Positions 1 through 11,575 of a stretch of 13,130 bases of DNA are shown one piece after another (position 1 is the stretch's first letter; every line of letters starts with the position of its first letter). Source of the DNA: Kofleriaceae bacterium. Lineage in GTDB: Bacteria > Myxococcota_A > Polyangia > Haliangiales > Haliangiaceae. Made by a program: the position numbers and the translations under genes. The stretch covers positions 1 to 13,130 of the forward strand of contig JBKJLC010000002.1 of assembly GCA_046597055.1 (NCBI GenBank). The letters run 5' to 3'. Below the pieces are notes generated by a model. It saw only the letters and a list, made by a program, of their open reading frames with translations, did not search any database and had not been told where the DNA came from.

Positions 1-344
1 CCGCCGTGATCGCGCAGCAGCTGCTCGGACAGCGCCCGCAGGTTCCTGGCCTTGGTCGGCGCCAGCCCGCAGGTCTGGATGTGCCCGAGGATCTGGGCGG
101 TCGGCAGGCGCGCCATGGCGGCGGCGTCGGGCGCCTGCGCGAACAGGGCGGGGGTGACCAGGTTGACCCGGGCGTCGGTGCACTGGGCCGACAGCACCAC
201 CGCGACCAGCAGCTGGAAGGGATCGCCGTGATCGAGCGGGATCGCCGGCGCCGGGAAGCGCGCGTCGAGGATGGCGCCGATGCGCGCGATCTTCTCGGCG
301 CGGGACAGCCGCGGGGCCGGCGGCGGGCTAGCGATCGTCGTCAT
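1..344 (-). CDS. nth: Endonuclease III (HhH-GPD DNA glycosylase/AP lyase), 5' part only; truncated by window edge
   Basis: Manual translation from ATG at 344 (not in ORF track): MTTIASPPPAPRLSRAEKIARIGAILDARFPAPAIPLDHGDPFQLLVAVVLSAQCTDARVNLVTPALFAQAPDAAAMARLPTAQILGHIQTCGLAPTKARNLRALSEQLLRDHG. PFQLLVAVVLSAQCTDARVN and GLxxxKARN are Nth signatures. The start overlaps the upstream gene's end by 17 nt. Confidence 0.93.
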   Translation of the reverse strand, partial: MTTIASPPPAPRLSRAEKIARIGAILDARFPAPAIPLDHGDPFQLLVAVVLSAQCTDARVNLVTPALFAQAPDAAAMARLPTAQILGHIQTCGLAPTKARNLRALSEQLLRDHG

Positions 345-2007
345 CGAGCAAGGGCGCGGCGGCCGGCGCCGGCATCGCCTCGGCCGGGACATCGGTGTTG
401 AGCGTGGCGTACAGCTTCCGGGCGTCGGCGTTGCGCGGCTCGAGCCGGAGCGCGGTCTCGAGCGCGGCCTGGGCGGCCGCCTTGTTGCCGCGCTGCAGCT
501 GGACGACCGCCTCGCCGAGGAAGCCACGGGCCCGCTCGGGCTGGCTGCGCTGGGCGGCCTGGTAGTGGGCCAGGGCGCGGTCGGGCTGGCCGACCTTGAG
601 GTCGAGCTCGCCGAGGTAGTAGTGGGCGTACTCCGACGACGGGTCGACCTCGAGCAGGCCGCGGTAGGCCTGGCGCGCGCTGGCGTCGTCGCCGAGCCGG
701 CGGGCCGCGCCGCCCCAGTACCGGTGGTAGTCGGCCGCGACGTCGCTGGCGCGGGCCGCGATCGCAGGGACGGTCGCGGCCAGGCCGACGATCAGGCAGC
801 TGCGCATCGCGGCGCGGCCGTCGCGCCGGATGCCCGCGATGATGACCGCGACCACGAGCCCCACGAACAGGCCCGCGACCAGCGTGCCCGTCAGCTCGGG
901 CGAGACGAAGACGGGCCGGGTCGCCACCGCGAGGAACGCGGCAATCGCGACCCCGCCGGCGGCGGCGCCGCGCACCACCACTGGCAACCGACGGACCTGG
1001 GCCGCGATCGCCGCGCCGAGGCGATGGACGGGGGCGTACACGCGGTCGGGCACGACCAGCAGGTACAGCGCGAACATCAGGTACGAGAACAGGCCGATCT
1101 CGAGGCCGACCAGCTCGATGCCGAGGTGGAGGCCGACGCCGACCACCAGCGCGAACGGCCACAGCTTGCGCCACCACACGGCCGCGACCAGGAACAGCTC
1201 GCCGGCGATCACGCTCATCGCCACCGGGGACCAGCCGACCGCCGCCAGCAGGTCGTGGATCGAGCCGGGCTTCACCTGCCGCGCCAGCGTGGTGCCGTCG
1301 AGCCACAGCGGATCCATCTTGGAGATCGCGGCGTAGCCGTAGACGAGCCCGAGCTGGACCAGCACCAGCCGCAGCGCCCACGAGCGCACCGCCGGCGGCA
1401 CCCCGGCCGCGGCCCGCGCCGGCGCCGGGTCGGGCGCGGTCGGCACGAAGCACAGCAGCACCAGCAGCAGCCAGACCAGGTAGTGATGCTGGTACGAGTC
1501 GAGCTGGCTGACGAAGTAGGTGTAGCCGTAGAGCGCGGTGGCGATCGGCAGCAGCACCCGCACCAGCGCGCCCTGCGCGATCAGCGCGAACCCGAGGCAC
1601 AGCACCGCATGCAGGAACGTCATGAGCCCGCGGCCGGCCTCGGGCAGCAGGCCGGGGACGTGCTGCACGTTGAAGCCGCCGGCGCCGTAGCGCGGCGCGT
1701 GCGACAGCTGCAGATACGCATCGACCGCCAGCAGCGCGAAGAAGACGAACCGGAACCCGACCAGCTTGGCCCACGGGATCTCGAAGCCGGCCCAGAAGCC
1801 ACCGCCGGCGATCGGCGAGCTCACGTGGGCGCGCGGCAGCGGCTCGCGCCGCGGCGGCGGCGGCGGATTGCCGCGCAGCGGGGGCTCGTTGGCATCGACG
1901 ACCGGTGCGGGCGCCGCGGTCACGGGCGGCGCGGGTACCACCGTCACGACCGGCGGCCGGGGCGCGGGCGGACGCGCGCCGCGTCGAGGAGGCGTGCGCT
2001 TGCCCAT
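328..2007 (-). CDS. HTTM-domain / vitamin K-dependent gamma-carboxylase-like membrane protein with C-terminal TPR repeats (559 aa)
   Basis: Pro/Arg-rich N-terminus, then multiple hydrophobic segments with family motifs LVGFRFVF, YQHHYL, QLGLVYGYAAISKMDPLWLDG and LHLGIELVGLEIGLFSYLM. About three TPRs follow (AYRGLLEVDPSSEYAHYYLG; ALETALRLEPRNADA). Confidence 0.85.
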   Translation of the reverse strand: MGKRTPPRRGARPPAPRPPVVTVVPAPPVTAAPAPVVDANEPPLRGNPPPPPRREPLPRAHVSSPIAGGGFWAGFEIPWAKLVGFRFVFFALLAVDAYLQLSHAPRYGAGGFNVQHVPGLLPEAGRGLMTFLHAVLCLGFALIAQGALVRVLLPIATALYGYTYFVSQLDSYQHHYLVWLLLVLLCFVPTAPDPAPARAAAGVPPAVRSWALRLVLVQLGLVYGYAAISKMDPLWLDGTTLARQVKPGSIHDLLAAVGWSPVAMSVIAGELFLVAAVWWRKLWPFALVVGVGLHLGIELVGLEIGLFSYLMFALYLLVVPDRVYAPVHRLGAAIAAQVRRLPVVVRGAAAGGVAIAAFLAVATRPVFVSPELTGTLVAGLFVGLVVAVIIAGIRRDGRAAMRSCLIVGLAATVPAIAARASDVAADYHRYWGGAARRLGDDASARQAYRGLLEVDPSSEYAHYYLGELDLKVGQPDRALAHYQAAQRSQPERARGFLGEAVVQLQRGNKAAAQAALETALRLEPRNADARKLYATLNTDVPAEAMPAPAAAPLLDDDDR

Positions 2008-2008
2008 C

Positions 2009-2439
2009 TCAGAGCTCCGGGATCTTGCAGAGATCGAAGCCGCCGACCGCGTACGGCTCGCCCGCGACCGGGACGCAGCGCAGGCGCGCGACCACCGGCT
2101 GACCCGGGCTCTTGCGACACAGGTGACGGCCCATCGCCGAGACCACCGAGCGCCGGCCCCGCGCCGCGATCTGCTGCCAGGCGTCGTGGAACTCGCTGGT
2201 CACCGCGACCGGCCGGTTGCCGACCGACAGCTCGAGGTCGCACCGCAGCATGCGCATCGGCGAGAACATCCGCCAGGCGAAGCGCTCGTCGTGCTCGTCG
2301 CGCGCCATCAGGTAGTAGTGCAGCGGCACCGCCAGCTGGATCACCAGCCACAGCGCGATGAAGCCGTTCGGCCAGCGCCCCAGCCAGCGGCCGGCCGCGG
2401 TGACGGCATCGAAGACGACGAGCGCGGGCGACTGGGTGG

Positions 2440-2443
<4 letters not shown>
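2009..2443 (-). CDS. Small membrane-anchored protein (144 aa) resembling the C-terminal/lumenal part of vitamin K-dependent carboxylases (SdpA-like partner of the HTTM protein)
   Basis: Last 144 codons of shadow ORF 2009..6850. GTG at 2443 overlaps the lhr stop (GTGA), and its TGA ends 1 nt before the HTTM ATG. Composition is protein-like, unlike the Arg-rich shadow part upstream. It has one TM helix (FIALWLVIQLAVPLHYYL), the motif RFAWRMF and 4 Cys. Confidence 0.85.
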
Positions 2444-6969
<4,526 letters not shown>

Positions 6970-6999
6970 ACAGTACTCACGCGGCCGCGCCGAAATCAA
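6970..6999 (-). promoter_or_regulatory. Putative sigma70-type promoter for the lhr operon
   Basis: Minus strand TTGATT (6999-6994), 18-nt spacer, TACTGT (6975-6970). The -10 lies inside the LexA-like box. Confidence 0.45.
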
Positions 7000-7026
7000 C
7001 GCGGGCGATGGTTCGCCCGGGGATCG

Positions 7027-7719
7027 TCAGGGTTCCGAGAGGGCGGTCCGGTCGCCGGTGTAGTGATACCGGATCTGCGCGTCGCTGTAGCGGTGGTCGC
7101 GGCCGCGCGGGCAAGCATCGCGGACCCCCAGCCACAGCCGCCAGCGCTCGCGCAGCTCGGCGGTGCCGCGGGGTGGTCCGGCCGCCAGCGCGCGCTCGAG
7201 CGCCGGTCCGCAGCCGTGGGCGCAGTCGCAGGGCGCGACCGGTTTCGGGCGGGGGCCGGGGCCCTCGACGTCGATCGCGATCGCGGCGCGCAGCGCGATC
7301 CACGGCCCGTAGGTCGGATGCACGCTCAGGTGGCTGGGCGATAGCCAGGCCAGGCCGGCGGCTTCGGCCAGCTGCTGCATCGCGATCCGTCGCGGCGGTG
7401 GCTCGGGCGCGAACCGGAGCTCGACCGCGGGCACCGGGCTGAGCCCGGCGAGGACGTCGGTGACCGCGGCGGTCACCACCCCGGCGACGTGCTGGTCGAC
7501 TGGATTGGCGCGGCCGTCGGCGCCGGCGCGGATCTGGGGCCACAGCGCACGGGTGTTGGCGATCAGGACCACCAGCGCGCGGGGCCGGCCGTGGTCGGGC
7601 AGCCGGTAGCTGTCCGCAACCCGGACGTTGTAGTCGGCGGCGGCGCAGCTCGCCACCAGGTCGAGCCCGGCGCCGGCGCAGCGGGCGCCGATCGCGGCGG
7701 TGATGGCTTCGGGATCCAC
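7027..7719 (-). CDS. MMACHC/CblC-like cobalamin-processing protein (nitroreductase-like fold), 230 aa
   Basis: Collinear motifs resembling MMACHC as recalled: YNVRVADSYRLP, LVVLIANTRALW, NPVDQHVA, RRIAMQQLAEAAGLA, SVHPTYGPWIALRAAI, WRLWLGVRDA and RYSDAQIRY. GTG start. Confidence 0.75.
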   Translation of the reverse strand: MDPEAITAAIGARCAGAGLDLVASCAAADYNVRVADSYRLPDHGRPRALVVLIANTRALWPQIRAGADGRANPVDQHVAGVVTAAVTDVLAGLSPVPAVELRFAPEPPPRRIAMQQLAEAAGLAWLSPSHLSVHPTYGPWIALRAAIAIDVEGPGPRPKPVAPCDCAHGCGPALERALAAGPPRGTAELRERWRLWLGVRDACPRGRDHRYSDAQIRYHYTGDRTALSEP

Positions 7720-7761
7720 GCGGCAGTTGTAGCCCGTCCGCCGGGCGGTGTGCCGACGGCT

Positions 7762-7790
7762 TTGACCTTGCCGACAAGACCTGTTCGAAT
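7762..7790 (+). promoter_or_regulatory. Putative promoter for the lipoprotein-hydrolase pair
   Basis: TTGACC (7762-7767), 17-nt spacer ending in TGn, TCGAAT (7785-7790), then 7 nt to GTG 7798. Lies in a 78-bp divergent intergenic region. Confidence 0.4.
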
Positions 7791-7797
7791 CGAGCGT

Positions 7798-8277
7798 GTG
7801 CTGCGCAGGCTAATCATCCACGTCGCGTTGGTGACGATCGTGTCGGGCTGTGGTGCGCCCGACTATCAGCTCGCGGAAGAGCCGCGCGGCGAGGTGAACG
7901 GACGTTCGTTCGAGCTGGTCAGCACCAAGCCCGACGGCACCGAGTGGACCTTCCGGGTCCGCGGCAACGCGCTGTGGGTCGGCTTCGTCGAGGGCACCAA
8001 GCTCGGCGAGCTCGGCTCGATCAACCTCGCCGGCAAGGAGCGTCAGAAGCTGTGGAACCTCATCGACATGGTCGATGTAGGTGGCCGCAAGCGCGGCAAG
8101 CCGGACCCGAAGCATGGCACCGTGGTCATGCGCCTGCGCGAGCCCAGCGACGAGGGCGCGCACGACGCGCGCAGCGTGAACGTGTCGCGGCACACCGAGG
8201 ACGAGGACGTGATCGCCCTCGCCAACTTTCTGATCGAGCTGGTCGAGAAGCACAAGCGGGTGTCGCCGGCGTTCTAG
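7798..8277 (+). CDS. Hypothetical lipoprotein (159 aa)
   Basis: GTG 7798 gives MLRRLIIHVALVTIVSG/C: basic N-region, hydrophobic core and lipobox VSGC. The mature part looks globular with GC3-rich codons. The track's start at 7489 overlaps the opposite-strand gene. Confidence 0.75.
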   Translation: MLRRLIIHVALVTIVSGCGAPDYQLAEEPRGEVNGRSFELVSTKPDGTEWTFRVRGNALWVGFVEGTKLGELGSINLAGKERQKLWNLIDMVDVGGRKRGKPDPKHGTVVMRLREPSDEGAHDARSVNVSRHTEDEDVIALANFLIELVEKHKRVSPAF

Positions 8278-8303
8278 CCGCGCCCCGTGCTCGAGGAAAT
8301 GTC

Positions 8304-9140
8304 ATGACCGCACGCCTGCACCACGAGCTCGTCGCCGGCACCGCCGTCGGCCGCTGGCTGCTGATGACCCACGGGATCTACGGCGCCGGCGGCAACTGGC
8401 GCAGCATCGCCCGCCAGCTGGTGACCCGGCTGCCGACCTGGGGCGCGGTGCTGGTCGATCTGCGCCAGCACGGCCGCAGCGAGCCCGGCGCGCCGCCGCA
8501 CACCATCGCCGCCTGCGCCGACGATCTCGCCGCGCTGTGCGATCAGCTCGCCGCCGCTGGGACGCCGGTCACGGTCGCGTGCGGGCACAGCTTCGGCGGC
8601 AAGGTCGTGCTGGGCCTGCGTCAGCGACGGGCGCTGGTCCAGACCTGGGTGCTCGACTCGACCCCGAGCGCGCGCCCGGGCGAGTGGGACCTGCCCGACA
8701 ACTCGGTGCGCACGGTGTGGGCGGCGCTGCACGACCACGATCGGATCTGGCCGCGGCGCGAGGACTACATCGCCGCGATGATCGCCGCCGGGCTGGCCGC
8801 TCCGCTGGCCCAGTGGCTGGCGATGAACCTGGTCCCGACCGAGGGCGGCCTGCGCCTGCGCCTCGATCTCGACGCGGTCCGGGCGATGCTGCTCGACTAT
8901 TACGCCGTCGATCTGTGGCCGGCGGTCGAGGATCCCGCGCTGGCGGGCGAGGTCCACGCGGTCATCGCCACCCGCGCGTCCGCGGTGTCGCCCGCCGATC
9001 GGGACCGGTTCGAGGCGGCGGCATCGCGCGCTCGCGTCCAGGTCCACACCGTCGACGCGGGCCACTGGCTGCACCTCGACGCCCCGACCGCGGTGGTCGA
9101 CGCGCTCGTCACCGGCCTGGCCGCGGTCGACGCGGGCTGA
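8304..9140 (+). CDS. Alpha/beta hydrolase, YbfF/ABHD11-like esterase (278 aa)
   Basis: ATG 8304 preceded by SD-like GAGGA. Motifs HGIYG (oxyanion), DLRQHGRS, GHSFGG (nucleophile elbow) and AGHWLH (catalytic His). Confidence 0.9.
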   Translation: MTARLHHELVAGTAVGRWLLMTHGIYGAGGNWRSIARQLVTRLPTWGAVLVDLRQHGRSEPGAPPHTIAACADDLAALCDQLAAAGTPVTVACGHSFGGKVVLGLRQRRALVQTWVLDSTPSARPGEWDLPDNSVRTVWAALHDHDRIWPRREDYIAAMIAAGLAAPLAQWLAMNLVPTEGGLRLRLDLDAVRAMLLDYYAVDLWPAVEDPALAGEVHAVIATRASAVSPADRDRFEAAASRARVQVHTVDAGHWLHLDAPTAVVDALVTGLAAVDAG

Positions 9141-9229
9141 GGCGCCCCGGCGCCGGTCAGCGGCCGGGTCAGCCGGGTCGGCCTGGTGGTCGGGCAGCGC
9201 CGGCCCGAGCGGCCGCCGTGCCGGGGAAG

Positions 9230-10060
9230 CTAGCGTTCCATCCGGGCGTCGGCGTCGGGGTCGGCCTCGGCGTCGTCTTCGTGCTCGGCCTCGGTCGAGG
9301 GCTCGACCGCCGGGGCGTCGACCGGCGGCAGCACCGGCTTGGGCGGCAACAGCTCGTCCTCGGTCTCGACCGCCAGCGACAGGAACACCGCGGCGTCGAG
9401 CTTGCGGAAGCCGCGCTTGCGGTACCAGCTCAGCGCGTGCTCGTTGTTCTCGGCGACCTCGAGCACGAGGTGCGACAGCCCGCGCACCTTGGCCAGGTGC
9501 TCGAGCTGCTGCATCACGAAGCTGCCGACCCCGCGCCCGTTCCAGCTCGGGTGGACCGCCAGCTCCTCGACGAACAGCGGCCGCATCTTGCGGTTCTCGA
9601 AGTACGCCTCGTTGATCCAGTTGTCGGTGCCGGTCACCTCGTGGGCGCACTCGGCGTACGCGACGATCTCCCCGTCGACCTCGAACAGGAGCTGGTCGAT
9701 GCCCTCCTCGTCGTAGGTCTTGATGAAGCGCTTCTTCGAGCGTGGCCGCTGGTACTCGACCGTCTGCAGGTTGACCTTGGCGAACGAGATCTTGAGGAAC
9801 TCCCAGACCCGGTTGAGGTCGCGCCGGTGGATGCGGCGGACCGCGATGACCGGGCTCTCGGCCGGCATCTCGGTACGGCGCACGCGCGCCCGCTTCCTGG
9901 CGGGCCTGGCGGGCTTGGTCGGCTTGGCGGGCCTGGCCGGCTTGGTCGGCCTGGCCGGCTTGGCCGCCTTGGCCGGCGCGGTCGCCTTGGCCGGACGGGT
10001 CGGTTTGGCCGGCTTGGCCGCGGGCTTCGTGGGACGGGCGCGGCGCTTGGCGGTGGCCAT
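9230..10060 (-). CDS. GNAT family N-acetyltransferase with basic Lys/Ala/Pro/Arg N-terminal tail and acidic C-terminal tail (276 aa)
   Basis: Acetyl-CoA motif A (FVEELAVHPSWNGRGVGS) and motif B (LEVAENNEHALSWYRKRGF). Confidence 0.88.
   Translation of the reverse strand: MATAKRRARPTKPAAKPAKPTRPAKATAPAKAAKPARPTKPARPAKPTKPARPARKRARVRRTEMPAESPVIAVRRIHRRDLNRVWEFLKISFAKVNLQTVEYQRPRSKKRFIKTYDEEGIDQLLFEVDGEIVAYAECAHEVTGTDNWINEAYFENRKMRPLFVEELAVHPSWNGRGVGSFVMQQLEHLAKVRGLSHLVLEVAENNEHALSWYRKRGFRKLDAAVFLSLAVETEDELLPPKPVLPPVDAPAVEPSTEAEHEDDAEADPDADARMER
9895..10035 (-). repeat. Degenerate 9-nt tandem repeat encoding PAK/PTK/PAR tripeptides
   Basis: Plus strand shows repeated ggccggctt / ggtcggctt / ggcgggcct units; protein KPAKPTRPAKATAPAKAAKPARPTKPARPAKPTKPARPAR. 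Confidence 0.8.
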
Positions 10061-10122
10061 CGGGGCTTCATCTTAGGTCCACCGCCGGCGTGGGCGCCAC
10101 CCGTGGGGGCGCTGGTTGGCCG

Positions 10123-10698
10123 CTACGACCCGACCCGGGCGACCAGGGCGGTGACCTGCTCGACGAAGGCGTCGCGGTGAAACCGCTCGAACTCGGTCCA
10201 GGTCGTGAAAGTCGTCGGGTCCACCACCCGGTCCACGAAGAGCTTGCCGTCGAGGTGATCGACCTCGTGCTGGTAGGTGCCGGCCTTGAGGCCGTGGACG
10301 ACCTCGTCGATCTCGTTGCCGTGCCGGTCCCAGGCGTGGACGTGGAGGTGGACGAAGCGGGGCACGGTCCCGCGCAGGTTGGGCACCGACAGGCAGCCCT
10401 CGTTATTGTCGAAGCTCTCGTCGCCGACCGGGGTCAGGACCGGGTTGACCAGCACCGTCAGCGGGATCGGCGGCTTGTACGGATAGCGCGGGTTGTTGCG
10501 CACCTCGATCGCGCAGATCCGGATCGGCTCGTGGACCTGGATCGCCGCCAGACCGGCGCCGCTGGCGTCGCGCATGGTCTCGATCAGGTCGTCGATGAAC
10601 TGCTGGGTCGCCGGGATCGCCAGCTCGTCGCGGGTCAGCTCGCGCGCCCGCTGGCGGAGCACGGGATGCCCGATCTGCGCGATCTTGCGGATGGCCAT
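10123..10698 (-). CDS. def: Peptide deformylase (191 aa)
   Basis: From ATG 10698, MAIRKIAQIGHPVLR. All three PDF motifs are present: GAGLAAIQV, EGCLSV and QHEVDHLDG. Confidence 0.96.
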   Translation of the reverse strand: MAIRKIAQIGHPVLRQRARELTRDELAIPATQQFIDDLIETMRDASGAGLAAIQVHEPIRICAIEVRNNPRYPYKPPIPLTVLVNPVLTPVGDESFDNNEGCLSVPNLRGTVPRFVHLHVHAWDRHGNEIDEVVHGLKAGTYQHEVDHLDGKLFVDRVVDPTTFTTWTEFERFHRDAFVEQVTALVARVGS

Positions 10699-10999
10699 GC
10701 GCCCAGCGTAGCGCGCCACCGCGGGCCCCGCTCGACGGGCCGGACCGAGTTCCCGGGTGCGACAGAGTGGGTCGAGATGCGTTCGGGACGGCGGGTCGAG
10801 CGGGTCGAACGGCGCGACGTCGTGGCCGGCCGTGGGTCCCTGAACGTGTGGTGGTGGCGCACGGTGCGGCCAGGACGAGATCCGGAAGACGTCGGACCAC
10901 GGTAATGCGCGGACAGGTCGCACGCCTGGCCAGGGTCTGTTAGCCCGCAGCGCGCCGAACCCGGCTCGCCGCGCACTCCCGTCGGGCAATGTCCGGCAC

Positions 11000-11566
11000 A
11001 TGCGATCGATCAGTACCGTTCGTCTTCTCGCCGCTCTCACCCTGGCCCTCGGTCTTGCTGCCTGCGGCGGCAGTAGCGACGGGGACGACGATGACGACAC
11101 CGGCCGCACCGACGCTTCGACCGACGCCGCCGGCGGCGCCGCGGTCGATGCTGCTCCCTCGCCCGATGCGCCTGCCGGGCTCACCGGCCTCGGTCAGGCC
11201 TGCGTTCCATCGATGATGGGCGCTGATTGCCCGGCCAACGCCAACGGCTGTCTGTCCACGCAGGGCGCCTCCACCGGCTACTGCACGAAGCTCTGCGTCG
11301 CGAGCGCCACGTTCATGACCAACGCCCAGTCGCAGCCGGGGCCGAGCACACCTCTGCCCTCGACCCAGGACGCGATGTGCACCGCGATCTTCTCGGGCAC
11401 GACCGGGACGGCCGCTTGCCTCGTTCCGGTCAACGTCATGCCGATGCCGCCGCTGCAGCCGAACACGAACTACACCGCAGCCTTCGCTTGCGGCATCCGC
11501 TGCGGGGCGGGCAACACCTGCCCGGGCAGCCTCACTTGCAACATGCAGCTCATGGAGTGCCGCTGA
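11000..11566 (+). CDS. Cys-rich lipoprotein of unknown function (188 aa)
   Basis: Signal peptide with lipobox LAAC, an Asp/Ala/Pro linker (SDGDDDDD...DAAPSPDAP), then a domain with 12 further Cys including two CxxxC. Confidence 0.85.
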   Translation: MRSISTVRLLAALTLALGLAACGGSSDGDDDDDTGRTDASTDAAGGAAVDAAPSPDAPAGLTGLGQACVPSMMGADCPANANGCLSTQGASTGYCTKLCVASATFMTNAQSQPGPSTPLPSTQDAMCTAIFSGTTGTAACLVPVNVMPMPPLQPNTNYTAAFACGIRCGAGNTCPGSLTCNMQLMECR

Positions 11567-11575
11567 CGCGCTGAC

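Noticed and set aside
7720..7797. Cobalamin riboswitch upstream of the MMACHC-like gene
   Set aside because: Only 78 bp, shared with a divergent promoter, and no B12-box consensus.
7489..8303. Extended N-termini given by the track for the lipoprotein (7489) and hydrolase (7944)
   Set aside because: They overlap other real genes. The signal peptide fits a start at 7798, and the SD plus fold start fit 8304.
9141..9229. Short GGTCAGC/GGTCGGC repeats between convergent genes as a terminator or REP element
   Set aside because: Only 2-3 short degenerate units, with no clean stem plus U-tract; indistinguishable from GC-rich background.
9895..10035. Tandem repeats as a CRISPR array or mobile repeat
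   Set aside because: 9-nt in-frame coding repeats without spacers or cas genes.
10699..11184. 162-aa N-terminal extension of def
   Set aside because: Low-complexity, overlaps the divergent lipoprotein gene, and the PDF fold begins at MAIRKI (10698).
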